Both the position numbers and the translations under genes were made by a program. Below the pieces are notes generated by a model, which was given only the letters and a program-made list of their open reading frames with translations, had not been told where the DNA came from and made no database searches. A stretch of DNA of 64,000 nt from a virus. Below, one piece after another: positions 31,007 through 42,188 of this stretch. The stretch covers positions 64,001 through 128,000 of IMG/VR virus record IMGVR_UViG_3300030616_000506; one strand, given 5' to 3'. Every line of letters starts with the position of its first letter. Position 1 is the stretch's first letter.

Positions 31007-31277
31007 TAGTATATGTAGTATTTTCTTCTATACCGTTCCATTCACTAGTTATATGTTCTCTATAACCCCAGAACCACCAATGTTTTAGATTATAAGAGCA
31101 ATCAACTACATCTCCTTTCTTTCTTATCCTAGAGATAATTTTATATTTTTTAAATGGCCATATTAAAAACCATTCTCTCCAGTATATATCAAAGGGAACT
31201 TTAGAGGCAACTTTCTTTGGTGCCTCTACTTTACTTATCCATATTATTGGCATATTAATCTTATTTAATATAACCAA
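30984..31277 (-). CDS. small beta-rich (Ig-like?) protein
   Basis: P..V....FDI and TIEVG shared with 31261..31572. Confidence 0.4.
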   Translation of the reverse strand: MVILNKINMPIIWISKVEAPKKVASKVPFDIYWREWFLIWPFKKYKIISRIRKKGDVVDCSYNLKHWWFWGYREHITSEWNGIEENTTYTIEVGHDR

Positions 31278-31572
31278 CTTCTAATACAACTTCTAATGTT
31301 TCTGTTATACCAGTATTAAATGTAACTACTTTATTTACTGTTCCACCAGATGGTATTGTTTCTTCCCAATTATCATAAGTAGTATCGGTATCATAAAGTT
31401 TACCGAAACAAGTATCCGTTGCACCATTATTTGTACAATCATATGATATATCGAAGGATTCTCCTGATTCTACTTCAGTTGGATAAGTTAAATTATTAAT
31501 ACTACAATTAGCATGTTGTATTATTGATATTGAAATATTTTTTGTATCCGTTATTACTTCTACCATATTCAT
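31261..31572 (-). CDS. Ig-like/CARDB-like domain protein
   Basis: YPTEVESGESFDISYDCTNNG, LEVGY. Confidence 0.5.
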   Translation of the reverse strand: MNMVEVITDTKNISISIIQHANCSINNLTYPTEVESGESFDISYDCTNNGATDTCFGKLYDTDTTYDNWEETIPSGGTVNKVVTFNTGITETLEVVLEVGYIK

Positions 31573-31615
31573 TACTCCTATTTATTTTTCTTTATTGACA
31601 TTTAAACTTTCTTAC

Positions 31616-31813
31616 TTACTCTCTTGTTAATGTTGCTCCACATTTAGGACATTTTCTAGTATTACATGGTTCTGCCCATGTATGTTCAGTTTTATATCCA
31701 CAAGATGGACATACACAGTTTCCACCTGGTCCACTTCCAGGTTTATCTCCTTGTGGATATCTACCTCTACCTGGTCTTTGGAATCTAGTTCCTCTACCTC
31801 TTCTTGGTCTCAT
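31616..31813 (-). CDS. Gly/Arg-rich zinc-ribbon microprotein
   Basis: GPGGNCVCPSCGY..H....PC....CPKCG. Confidence 0.7.
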   Translation of the reverse strand: MRPRRGRGTRFQRPGRGRYPQGDKPGSGPGGNCVCPSCGYKTEHTWAEPCNTRKCPKCGATLTRE

Positions 31814-32254
31814 ATTTATTCTCCTTAAGTTTTATACATTAAACATAAATTAGTCTTTTCCTAATTTACAAATTCTTGCAAACCAATAGTGATAGTTATA
31901 ATATAGTAATGTATTAAATATATTCCATACTATAGATGAGCTTATAGCCCATTCCCATTTCCAAGTATTTGCTGTTATTCCATAGAAGAAATACCAAAAT
32001 ATACTTTGGATTAATATAATATGTAATCTATATATTATACCACTTAATAATAACCTATCAGCCCTTATTTTTCTTAATTTCATTTTATTCTCAATCCTAC
32101 TATAAATCCTATTATTATTAATATAAGACCATAGAACTCGTGACCTAACCAATCTCCCCAGTCAAATCCACCCCAAGTCATAAGGTGTTCTATCAATAAG
32201 GTAGCTCCTACAATTATTGCACATAGAGAAATTAATTTCTTAATATATTCCCAA

Positions 32255-32476
32255 TCAATCATTTACTTCTTCCAATAGAAGCTTTTCAAATAAGCCTCTT
32301 CCTACTGATAACTTATTTCCATTTAAACTTACAACATATGGTCCATGTAATGGTTGAACGGTTACTATCTTTACTTTTCTACCTATATTTAATCCCATAG
32401 TAATAAACTTAGATCTAGCAGTTCTACCACAAATATACCCACATATTTCGTAGGTTTTACCTTCTTCTACATCCAT
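32255..32476 (-). CDS. feoA: FeoA-domain protein
   Basis: KFITMGLNIGRKVKIV..PLHGPYVV...LSVGR. Confidence 0.75.
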   Translation of the reverse strand: MDVEEGKTYEICGYICGRTARSKFITMGLNIGRKVKIVTVQPLHGPYVVSLNGNKLSVGRGLFEKLLLEEVND

Positions 32477-32751
32477 TATTTTCCAAGACCTATTAATTTA
32501 ATGAACCAGTTACTTCTCATTTTGTCCATATCTTTTTTAAGGTTGTTATAATCTTTATTAAGCTCGTCTATAGTATTATTTATTTTCTTAAACATATCTT
32601 TTACTTCTTCAACTGTTTCTTGTGTATCATCAATAAGATCATTGACATTATCTACAAAGTCTTCTATCTTCTCAACTCTATCTTGCCATTTCTTAATACG
32701 AGCCTCTATCTCTTTTCTTAATTGTTCTAATCTCTGTAAAAATGTTACCAT
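32476..32751 (-). CDS. coiled-coil protein
   Basis: Heptad pattern throughout. Confidence 0.5.
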   Translation of the reverse strand: MVTFLQRLEQLRKEIEARIKKWQDRVEKIEDFVDNVNDLIDDTQETVEEVKDMFKKINNTIDELNKDYNNLKKDMDKMRSNWFIKLIGLGK

Positions 32752-33060
32752 ATTATCACCTAAATACTCCTGCTAATGCAGCCAATATCATAGCAGAAAA
32801 TGATATCACTATAGCTAATATACTTGTATCCTTAGCTAATTCTAATCTATAATCTCTAAGAGCATCCTTAGTTATATATAAATCAACTGGTGCTCTTGTA
32901 AGTTTAGCTTTAAGGATATCTTCTATATGCTCTTTATTAGCATAAGCTCTTCCACATTTATTGCATTTCTTTTGATTATAGAAATACTTACATCTCTTAT
33001 GTCTACAAGGTTCTTTCTTATATCCTAACATTTCATCATCAGTTCCTTCAACCATTATTA

Positions 33061-33945
33061 TCACTTCTTATTCAACTTCTTCTTCCAAGCTTGATACTCT
33101 GGATTATTAACTTCATATTTATTATACATTTTAACAATCCAATCTTTAAGGTTTAAATTATTAATATCCTTAGGTATTTCTTCTTTTTTGTTTATCCAAA
33201 TTGGAACTGTACCTAAAACTGGATGTTTCTCCATACCATGGAAGTGTCCTACATCTGGCATTCCATCCATTGGTCCAAAGGATTCTCCGTGATCAGCAAA
33301 GCATATTATAGTTTCATTATTGTTACAAATATCTCTAAGCCCTGTTAGTACCTGAACTGCATTATTAACTCCCTGCATATATAAATCCTTCATCTTCTGA
33401 GGATTTTGTGAACATAATCTTCTCATAACCTTAGATCCATTCATTATCTCTGGTGACTCAACATGCCCCTTACTATCAAATATACTAAAGTTACCATGAG
33501 TTATAAAGGTATGGAACCATATCATATCCCACCAATAAGGTGATGTTCCAGACCACTTCATACCGAAGTATCTATATATATCTGGATCCCAATTGCTTAC
33601 CGCATTCCACTTAATAGGAGGTAAAAACTTAAAGTTACCTACTCTACTTGGAGGTAACGGCATGGTTCTGGTTTCTGGACCAATTAATCTACCTAAACTT
33701 ATATATGAATTAAAGTGGTCAAATAACATATCATCTATTACATCTTTATTAAGAGTAGCAGTGAAATCACTAGTATCTCTATTTAAACCTAATTCTTCTG
33801 GAGTTTTACCTGTCATAGTTGATGCTACTACTGGTGCAGTAAACCCAGCTATTGTTCTATAAGAACCCCATGTTTCTTCTGGGAATATTCCATGTAAAGG
33901 TTCGGTCATATCAACCCTTAATGAATCCCATAATATGACTAACAT
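33061..33945 (-). CDS. alkaline phosphatase/sulfatase superfamily protein
   Basis: ILWDSLRVD, FTAPVVASTMTG, FADHGE, VPIWI. Confidence 0.7.
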   Translation of the reverse strand: MLVILWDSLRVDMTEPLHGIFPEETWGSYRTIAGFTAPVVASTMTGKTPEELGLNRDTSDFTATLNKDVIDDMLFDHFNSYISLGRLIGPETRTMPLPPSRVGNFKFLPPIKWNAVSNWDPDIYRYFGMKWSGTSPYWWDMIWFHTFITHGNFSIFDSKGHVESPEIMNGSKVMRRLCSQNPQKMKDLYMQGVNNAVQVLTGLRDICNNNETIICFADHGESFGPMDGMPDVGHFHGMEKHPVLGTVPIWINKKEEIPKDINNLNLKDWIVKMYNKYEVNNPEYQAWKKKLNKK

Positions 33946-34135
33946 TATTCATCCACCATTATCCATTCATATTCTTCATTTTTCTTTTTATACATATCTG
34001 TTCTTTCTTTAATATGTTTAATACAAATACTGTAACCATCTACTACTAAATCAGTTTCAGTATCTATTCCTTCAGCTAAACAATAAACACATCTCATTGT
34101 GCTTTCCTCGATAATACTTTTAATCTAAAGAAATA

Positions 34136-34153
34136 GAGGAGTATTATCTCCTC
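34136..34153 (-). terminator. putative hairpin terminator after csp gene
   Basis: GAGGAG-6nt-CTCCTC stem followed on minus strand by TATTTCTTT. Confidence 0.35.
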
Positions 34154-34194
34154 AAATTTTTACCAACAATATAAATAATCATAATTAATCCTAA

Positions 34195-34386
34195 TTATAA
34201 CTTAACTATATCGACTGCCTCAAGACCTTTATCAGTCTCATGTGTGTTAAATTCCACTTCATCTCCCTCATAGAGTTCAATTTCTTGTGGAATTGCTGTT
34301 CTATGTACAAAAATATCCTTATCATCTTCGACTTCTATAAAGCCAAATCCTTTTCTAGAATTGTACCATTTTACGGTTCCTTTCAT
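34195..34386 (-). CDS. cold-shock domain protein
   Basis: MKGTVKWYNSRKGFGFI, DIFVH (RNP1/RNP2); start reassigned. Confidence 0.92.
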   Translation of the reverse strand: MKGTVKWYNSRKGFGFIEVEDDKDIFVHRTAIPQEIELYEGDEVEFNTHETDKGLEAVDIVKL

Positions 34387-34408
34387 ATTCTTTCTCTTTT
34401 TCTTCTTA

Positions 34409-35050
34409 TTATACATTTCTGAGTATTTCAAATCCTTTCTTAAGGACTTCATATACACCAACATTACATGGTAAACTTCTATATTCAAATCCATGGGTCT
34501 TTAATTCATATTCACCTAGATTTCTATCTGCTTCTTTTATAGTCCAATGAAAGTATTTATCCATCGATTTTACTATTTCCTCTATAGGTAAATCTATAAC
34601 CTCTCCTGTATCTGCATCTCTTGATGAGAAATGCACATGCATTCCTGCTGTTAATCTTTTGGATTTAAAACCATCAAAGTCTTCATCAATCACACCAAGA
34701 TGATGAGACTGTACGTTTTTATTATATATATTCTTTGTATAGTCACAATCATTGAATCTATGAAGATTATATTTCTTCCAGTGATTATCTACCCATTCAG
34801 GTGATATATGATAATTAGAAAAATCTACTAGTTCCATACCAAATTTATTAGCTCTAAGTTTATATTGTAATTCTTCTTGTTGTATGGTTGTATATATAGG
34901 ATAAAGTCTATCAGATGGTATACTCCTTAATTCTACTAGGAATTCAAATTCATCTCTTGGGAAGCCATATAACTTAGGTTCCATTATAGTATTATTTGAA
35001 TCTATCAAGAACATTTCCTTTTCTATCCCTATCTCTCTTATCTCACTCAT
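34409..35050 (-). CDS. COOH-NH2 ligase (glutamate-cysteine-ligase fold, phiEco32-like type)
   Basis: GIEKEMF, LVELR, TAGMHVHFS, GEYELKTHGFEYRSL. Confidence 0.65.
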   Translation of the reverse strand: MSEIREIGIEKEMFLIDSNNTIMEPKLYGFPRDEFEFLVELRSIPSDRLYPIYTTIQQEELQYKLRANKFGMELVDFSNYHISPEWVDNHWKKYNLHRFNDCDYTKNIYNKNVQSHHLGVIDEDFDGFKSKRLTAGMHVHFSSRDADTGEVIDLPIEEIVKSMDKYFHWTIKEADRNLGEYELKTHGFEYRSLPCNVGVYEVLKKGFEILRNV

Positions 35051-35376
35051 TTCTGTTTCCTGCCGCCTCTTCCCATGATTATAGTATCGGATCTATTACA
35101 CTCTATTTCTCCAAACCATATCTTGTTAGAATCACATTTAGGACATTTAGATTCTAATAACTCTGATGTTAAATTGTATTCGACTAAATACCATTTATCA
35201 CATTCATCACAGAATATTTTTGCTTTATTAGTCATGATTTTCTTTATCTATCCAATTTAATTTAATAAAGGTAGATGTACATTTAGGACAGTGTATTAAT
35301 TTAGGATATCCATTATTAAAGGATATCTTAAACTCTAAACCACAATCTCTACATGTACACTCTGCAAACTTCAAAT

Positions 35377-36654
35377 CTAATCACCCGAAAGTACCTTATC
35401 AACAAAGTCTTTCCATTGTTCTCCTATTACAGTCCAAGAGCAATTCTTTTCTACCCATTTTCTTGCATTCTTACCATGCTGTTCAACTAAATCTCTGTTA
35501 TAATAATATTTATTCATTACATTAGCCATATCATCAATATCAACAAGAGATCTTCTAACAGCTGCTACATCCATTTTTTGCCATAACAAATCTTTAACTT
35601 TAACTAACGATCCTCTTGGACCTGGTTTTCCTTCTTCAATTAACTCTCTAGATGTTGTATAGTCACAGCCTAGTGATGGTACTTCACATGCAAATCCTTC
35701 TATGTGAGTTAATCCAAAACCTTCTCCACCAGTACAATTTAGATTTAAATCCCATGTATTATAAACTTTAGCTACTGCTTCTCTTGGCATTCCTACTCTT
35801 TGTGGTGGTATCATCTTATTTTGAATTCCATACTTTTGAGCAAAGTAATCTATAGGCCATCCAAATTCATCTCTATAATCCATTTGCATATGTAATAATA
35901 CATCTGGTTTATCTTTAGCAAATTTAGCAAATGCTTCCATGGTTCTTACGGGTTGTTTTCTTGGTTGGTTTCTATTTAAATTACCTACAATAAAGAAATT
36001 TTCTAATTGTTTTGGTTTTTTCTCAGATTTAAATACTACACTATCAACTCCATGCCATATCCTAGGTACATCCATATTGAAATATTTTTTGAATATATCC
36101 TTACCATAGTTACTCATTGCTACTACGTGATCTGCCATATTATATATTTGTCCCCATTGTCCCATGGGTGGGTCTCCATCTTGAGGAGCATATTGTATCC
36201 ACTTAGTATCTCGAGGAAATCTTTCTGTAAATTTTTGTAATTCTCCTTTTAATTGTCTAGTTAAAGCTTCTTCAGATAATAACTTTTTTGAAGGTAAATC
36301 CATCACTTGTAATTTTACACTATTTTGGCACATTATTCCAGGAACATGTTGTACCATCTGAATATCATTTACTGTGAGTAATATTTCTGGTTCAAGATTA
36401 TCTAATAAGACTGGTAAACTTCTATGACCAAAGTCCCATCTATTATTACTTCTAGGTTGGTTTGCATGTTGTATCACTGTTCTTGGTTTACCTTCTATAT
36501 TAAGTTTAACCTTTTGGTCTTGAACAGATTGTAAACCCAATACATGAACATCATAGTTCTCTGCAAGAGACCATGATACACCCGCTAGATCATTAGCAAA
36601 TCCAGTAGGTCCTTGTAGTGAGTCCCCAACTAATAATATCTTTTCTTTCGTCAT
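35377..36654 (-). CDS. GT4-like glycosyltransferase
   Basis: PTGFA, HGVD, NRNQPRK, GEGFGLTHIEGFAC. Confidence 0.85.
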   Translation of the reverse strand: MTKEKILLVGDSLQGPTGFANDLAGVSWSLAENYDVHVLGLQSVQDQKVKLNIEGKPRTVIQHANQPRSNNRWDFGHRSLPVLLDNLEPEILLTVNDIQMVQHVPGIMCQNSVKLQVMDLPSKKLLSEEALTRQLKGELQKFTERFPRDTKWIQYAPQDGDPPMGQWGQIYNMADHVVAMSNYGKDIFKKYFNMDVPRIWHGVDSVVFKSEKKPKQLENFFIVGNLNRNQPRKQPVRTMEAFAKFAKDKPDVLLHMQMDYRDEFGWPIDYFAQKYGIQNKMIPPQRVGMPREAVAKVYNTWDLNLNCTGGEGFGLTHIEGFACEVPSLGCDYTTSRELIEEGKPGPRGSLVKVKDLLWQKMDVAAVRRSLVDIDDMANVMNKYYYNRDLVEQHGKNARKWVEKNCSWTVIGEQWKDFVDKVLSGD

Positions 36655-37130
36655 TCTCCTAAAATCTCCTCATTTTCATATCTTTTGATAAATTGACAAT
36701 TCATACATAATACCTGATATCCTTCTGGATAATTATTTTTTATTAACCATTTATAAAATGGAGATCCAGAACCTATATTATATTCTCTTCTATGTTTACA
36801 TCCATTTCCATCTATATGATCTATACTAAGAACTCTTATGTCTGAATTACCACAATATTTACATTCCATAGTATTGTTAGAGTAATGTTTAATAATTTTT
36901 TCTTTGTTAACTTTACGGAGATTTCTTTGGTATTTTACTATTTCACTTTGGTTTTCATTATAATATTTTTTAGAAGTTAAATTCCCTCCCTCTTTGTATG
37001 CTTTTCTCGAATATTTATTTTTACACTCTTTACAATAACATAATTTACTATCCATATCATCTTTAGAAAATAGATTTCCACAACCTACCTTCCCACCACA
37101 ACGATACTTGTCTAATTCTTTTATATACAT
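36651..37130 (-). mobile_element. HNH-type homing endonuclease
   Basis: CKYCG..LSIDHIDGNG..YQVLCMNC; inserted between two GT genes. Confidence 0.7.
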
Positions 37131-37131
37131 A

Positions 37132-38091
37132 TTAAAAACCTAATATTTCATTAAAGTATTCTAGATACTCCTTCACTTTATTATCCCATGAATATTTATC
37201 TGGGTTAGGAGTTTTACTTAAATCTTTATTTCTTAATACATTAAATACATCCCTTGCAAACTTACCCATATCTCTACTTCCTGCTTCTACTCCCTTTAAT
37301 GATGCTGGATAGGAATAATGTGGACTATCTCTAACTATTAATTTAGTTCTAGATCCCATCATATCCATAGCTATACCGGAATTAGATCCTGGTCTGTCTA
37401 GTTTGTTCCAAGCAAATAATAAATCACATAACTGCATCTTTTCATTCAATTCTTCCTCACTTAAAAAATCAGTATCTAATCTAAATTGATCTTCCTTACC
37501 TAATTTCTTAACTTCTGATCTTATTATATCAGAAAAACCAAAATCTCCTCCTTTCCAGAAGGATGTAGCGAAGTATAAAAATTCATCTTTTTCTAATTCT
37601 TTAAGTAGATATCTAACTATATCTGGAAGTTTTTTACCAGTACCAGCTATAAAACCCATTGTACCAACTACCTTTTTATCTTGTGGAATATTATATTTTT
37701 CTCTCAGTTTCTTTTTATCCTTTCTTGGAAATACTATAGCTGGGTGAGGTATTACCTTATAACTCCAAGGTTCATCTAATCCTATTAATTGACTTTTATC
37801 ATGTATAACTATTCCATCCACTAATGGATAAAATTGTGGCAATACACCCATATGATGAGAAGTTATTACTATTGGTTGTGGGTATTTTTGTATTAATTTC
37901 TGTAAATTTTGTGGTGGCATTAAACCAGGTTCATACTGTACACTAATTAAATCTGGACCATTTCTAATCCTACTTACAAATTGTTTACTTTCTACTCCCT
38001 TTATTTTGTTGAGAGCATCATTTAATCTATTTGAGTAGGTTCCTATTCCCCCTCTCTGACCTAACTCATTGCACTGTATACTTATTTTCAT
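37132..38091 (-). CDS. GT-B glycosyltransferase
   Basis: GGIGTYS, VQYEPG, IPHP, GTMGFI, SNSGIA. Confidence 0.7.
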   Translation of the reverse strand: MKISIQCNELGQRGGIGTYSNRLNDALNKIKGVESKQFVSRIRNGPDLISVQYEPGLMPPQNLQKLIQKYPQPIVITSHHMGVLPQFYPLVDGIVIHDKSQLIGLDEPWSYKVIPHPAIVFPRKDKKKLREKYNIPQDKKVVGTMGFIAGTGKKLPDIVRYLLKELEKDEFLYFATSFWKGGDFGFSDIIRSEVKKLGKEDQFRLDTDFLSEEELNEKMQLCDLLFAWNKLDRPGSNSGIAMDMMGSRTKLIVRDSPHYSYPASLKGVEAGSRDMGKFARDVFNVLRNKDLSKTPNPDKYSWDNKVKEYLEYFNEILGF

Positions 38092-38291
38092 ATATTACTT
38101 ATTCTTCAATTCATTAAAACATTTAAAACAGACTGGTACTCCTTCATTAATTACCTTATAGGTTAGTTTATCTATATTTTTATGTACTGATAACAATTTA
38201 TCTCTAGGAAATACCCTAGAAGATGTCCATATAAAAAAAGGTGAACACTCTTGATTGCATATATAACATTTTTGTCCCATATTTATTCTCC

Positions 38292-38855
38292 TTAGTGTTG
38301 GTTTCTCCTAAATACTATTTTAGCTGATGGAAATTTTTCTCCATCTTCAAACTCTTTTATAGCTGATACTATTCTATCTTCAAAGGAATTTCCAAATGGA
38401 GCTTTATGTCTCATTTTTCCCTTCTTATCTCTCCAAACCATTTGTACAACTCTAGAAGATAATATATATATCTTTGGCTGATATTCTTCACATATTATTT
38501 TAGCGAACGCTTCTCTACCAGGTCCACCCTTTCCATCATCCATTCTATCATAAACTAAACAGATGTAGGCATTACCTGGCTCTATAGACTTTAGGTCTTC
38601 AGATTTATCTGGAAATAAAATCTTACCTGAAGGCATCTTGGATACTAATTTTCTAGTTCCATCATCTTGTACCTTCCATCCAAAAACTACTGACATGATA
38701 TCCTTAAATAAAGGATACTTTTCTTGGTTTTCAATTATTTCTTTTTCAAATGATTCTGCTCTCTTTCCTGTTACACCCTTTCTATTTTTAGCATCTTCTA
38801 TGGTTAAGACTTTACTTTCAGTTATCTTTTCTGAAGACATACTCAAATCATCCAT
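38292..38855 (-). CDS. hypothetical protein
   Basis: 187-aa ORF downstream of polB with GGAGGT SD. Confidence 0.55.
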   Translation of the reverse strand: MDDLSMSSEKITESKVLTIEDAKNRKGVTGKRAESFEKEIIENQEKYPLFKDIMSVVFGWKVQDDGTRKLVSKMPSGKILFPDKSEDLKSIEPGNAYICLVYDRMDDGKGGPGREAFAKIICEEYQPKIYILSSRVVQMVWRDKKGKMRHKAPFGNSFEDRIVSAIKEFEDGEKFPSAKIVFRRNQH

Positions 38856-38857
38856 AC

Positions 38858-41413
38858 TTATTTACCTCCTTTTAATTTTTCCTTAATTTCTTTTGTCATG
38901 ACTTCCTTTCCTAATTTTCTAGAAGTCATATCAAATAGTCCATTTACTTTACCAAATAGACTACTCTTTAAATAGTTTTCATAATCAACTTCATATTCCT
39001 CTGGAAGACCCTCTTCTATTGGAAATGCTATGAAAACCTTCTTTCTCTTTATAACCCTAACACCTGTAGTTTCATCAGTTATTATAGGTATAATGCAGAA
39101 TTTGTCTCCAACCTCTACATCAAAATCATATTCTTCTCTTGCCCTAAGCAGAGCAGTTATATGATAAGGAATATTACCATGAGAACCATCCAATAGAGTT
39201 TTACCATACTCTTCTATTGGTTTAGTTAGGGGTTTTATTATTCCTAAATCTGATTTATTTATATCTCTCAGATTCAATATTTCCTTTTTTAATTGATAAA
39301 TCATACTCTCTTTACTAGCTCCCTTCATTTTTAATTTAATCATATTTATTTCTATATTGGCTAAAGGAGTTGGAGTTTCTGATCTCATAAAATTACATCC
39401 AGTAACATCCCAAGTTGAGTCATCATCTATACTACTATCTTCTGGTATTAATATATTTCTAGCTGGGCTATGTATATAGGCATGTGGATAATATCCTTTA
39501 ATATCTAACTCCGGCATTACCTTGGATCCTTCACTGTGATCCTCTAGTATATCATTTAGATAGCCAATCATCCCTTCATTATAACTCTTATTTATATTTA
39601 TGAAACACGAATCAGTGTGGGCATAAACCCAAGGTTGGCCAACAACATCACAAGCTTTCTTAACTACATCTATAAGATTTCTAACTATAGATGTGATTGC
39701 ATCTGCTACTTGATAATCTCTCATCCTTGAATTAGCCCATCCAAATATTCCGTGACTAAAGGCTGCTGCTTGTGTCTTTAATGCAAAGTCTATGGTTTTG
39801 TACCTTTTCCAAAGATTTGTATTTTTCTTAAGAGTTTTAAGTTTTTTCTTAATTTTTTTCCTATCATCCATAATTTCCTTAAGAGTTTCTATAAATACAC
39901 TTCTCTCATCATTAAATCTAACTTCCCTTTCTTTACCATCAACACTTATATATTTAACTATATTATTACCTTCAGGATCTTTGGTCTCTGGTGATACATT
40001 TTTAGATATAACCGCAAAGGGATAAGCATGAACCAAATCAGTTACCAATAATCCTTTATAGATACCTGGTCTTGCATCAGGTTCAGCAGCTTTATACTTA
40101 ACTTCATCTTGTTTTTCTGCAAAATCTCTTGTCGGTAATACTATACCCTCTTTATGATAGGCTCTTAACATAGCTATATCATTTACTACCGCAGTAATTT
40201 TCATATCATCTAAGGTTGACTGTAATGACCATCCTAATATCATATGTGCTTCAATTGCTCCAAGAAAATTATCAAGAATTTCTGGTATTATGGTATCCCT
40301 TACATTATATTCTAGAAGATCTTCTTCAGATAAATCTCCTATTCTGGTAGCACCTAGATGTATCTTATCTATTCCTGCCATTTGTACTCCAACGTTACCT
40401 AAAGACCACTTTCCTCTTATTTCTTGAGCATGCATTTTTCTAGCTAATGGTAACATATCCATTATAGCCATATTTTCAGAAATGTTAGGATCATATTCAG
40501 TATCTCCTAACTTTATTGTGTTATTTTCTTCCTTAAGATAATTATATTTAATTAATAAATCTATTAAATTTTTACTTTCATCATATGGAAAGTATCTATC
40601 TCCCATTCCCTTTATGTACTCTTCCTTATTTAAATTCCTTCCTTGTCTAGCATATTCAAGAAATTGATTTATCTTATCCAATATACCCATTTCATCCTTA
40701 ATTATACTATTTAGTGTAGTTATGTTCTTATCTCCATATATATCAAACTCTATATTCCAACCAGTTACCACATCATATTTGATGAGTTCTCTAAATAAGT
40801 CTAGAACTAATTCAGACTCATATTTGATATCATACTTAGATCCATATATTATATCAGTTTCTTGATTATTTATTGAGTAAGCTATTATCTCATTGGATAC
40901 TGGATGATCAGTTTCAATATCTAGAATAGCTACTTTTGGAGTAATTGGTTCCTTTGGTTTAAAGTAATCATAAGTATCTATTAAGAATCTCCTTACAAAT
41001 AATATATCAGCTTCATATGGTAAAGGCCAACCCATCTTTCTTCTAGTATCTCTATAGGTCTTGACTCTACTGGGATGCATTCCTTTAAAGATTATCTTCT
41101 CAACTGGAGTGCCTAAGTAGGATTTATATTCTCCCCCATCCTTCTTTATATAACAATATGGGTAAAATCCCTCTATCTTTATTTTAAATTTACCAGATTT
41201 TTTACCTCTACCTATTAGATATATTTTAGGACTATCCCATCCTTTATTGAAGTGATAATATCCCTCATAAATCTGCAGTGTATGATTTTCTATATCATTT
41301 ATTACACTTTTTGGAAAGTCCTCATTATAACAAAATTCATTATCATTAATATAAACTAGGGAATCTTTATCGAAATCTTTCTTCATTATATCCGGTAAAC
41401 TACATATTTTCAT
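38858..41413 (-). CDS. polB: family B DNA polymerase with 3'-5' exonuclease and non-canonical motifs
   Basis: Exo DIETD, GWNIEFD, YNVRD; pol motifs DLVHAYP, KTQAAAFSHGIFG, YAHTDS. Confidence 0.88.
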   Translation of the reverse strand: MKICSLPDIMKKDFDKDSLVYINDNEFCYNEDFPKSVINDIENHTLQIYEGYYHFNKGWDSPKIYLIGRGKKSGKFKIKIEGFYPYCYIKKDGGEYKSYLGTPVEKIIFKGMHPSRVKTYRDTRRKMGWPLPYEADILFVRRFLIDTYDYFKPKEPITPKVAILDIETDHPVSNEIIAYSINNQETDIIYGSKYDIKYESELVLDLFRELIKYDVVTGWNIEFDIYGDKNITTLNSIIKDEMGILDKINQFLEYARQGRNLNKEEYIKGMGDRYFPYDESKNLIDLLIKYNYLKEENNTIKLGDTEYDPNISENMAIMDMLPLARKMHAQEIRGKWSLGNVGVQMAGIDKIHLGATRIGDLSEEDLLEYNVRDTIIPEILDNFLGAIEAHMILGWSLQSTLDDMKITAVVNDIAMLRAYHKEGIVLPTRDFAEKQDEVKYKAAEPDARPGIYKGLLVTDLVHAYPFAVISKNVSPETKDPEGNNIVKYISVDGKEREVRFNDERSVFIETLKEIMDDRKKIKKKLKTLKKNTNLWKRYKTIDFALKTQAAAFSHGIFGWANSRMRDYQVADAITSIVRNLIDVVKKACDVVGQPWVYAHTDSCFININKSYNEGMIGYLNDILEDHSEGSKVMPELDIKGYYPHAYIHSPARNILIPEDSSIDDDSTWDVTGCNFMRSETPTPLANIEINMIKLKMKGASKESMIYQLKKEILNLRDINKSDLGIIKPLTKPIEEYGKTLLDGSHGNIPYHITALLRAREEYDFDVEVGDKFCIIPIITDETTGVRVIKRKKVFIAFPIEEGLPEEYEVDYENYLKSSLFGKVNGLFDMTSRKLGKEVMTKEIKEKLKGGK

Positions 41414-41801
41414 TTTATCTCCTTATTGATACATCACTTCATCTTCATTATCCATATCATCTTCACTGTTTTTCTTCTTCTTTTCAGCCATCTCAGCAGC
41501 TTTCTTCATTATTTTTCCTAAATTCATATTCTTGGCGAAGTCCTCTCCACCTAATTTAACCATAAGTTTAAATCCTTCTACACTCCTATACCACATAGAT
41601 AAATAGCTCCACCACCACTTCACTGCTATTATTGCTCCGAATGCAATTATTATTCCAACAATTACATCCATTTAGAAATCCTCTTCAAATAATTGATTCT
41701 CTTCAAAATAATCGTGTTCCAGAGTTGCAGTACAATCATTACAAACTCCTTCTATTTCTTCTTCTTCTGTTAGTTCTTTTCCGCATATCTCACAATTCAT
41801 C

Positions 41802-42188
41802 TTATATCACCTTAAACCAATATATTGTACATATTATTCCTATTAATAAATATATTAAATATCTATATTTAACTCCTCTCCATCCTTCATATAAACCATA
41901 AATTAATTGTATCCATCCCATAGTAAAGAAGGCATATTGAAACTGTATATCTTGTGATAAAAAGTAAGCTATAAAACAAACTATACTAGATAATACTCCT
42001 CCACCCATACTATGTAATCTCTGATTATGAATATGATCTGCCTTTACTGTCATACCTAACTTGTGAACCCAAATTGTTCCAGTCATTAATAAACCTTGAG
42101 ATTTTATATGACATAACTCATGTAATAAAAATATTAATATCCAAACTAATGCTGAAGTTATTATATAATCAGTAATCTCTATAATCAT
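41802..42188 (-). CDS. small membrane zinc-metalloprotease-like protein
   Basis: Hydrophobic helices with HELCH. Confidence 0.5.
   Translation of the reverse strand: MIIEITDYIITSALVWILIFLLHELCHIKSQGLLMTGTIWVHKLGMTVKADHIHNQRLHSMGGGVLSSIVCFIAYFLSQDIQFQYAFFTMGWIQLIYGLYEGWRGVKYRYLIYLLIGIICTIYWFKVI

Noticed and set aside
33945-34097. Micro-ORF ending EWIMVDE as a tagged protein
   Set aside because: Out of register and lacks terminal L/I; the GGTGG here is probably the SD of the next gene.
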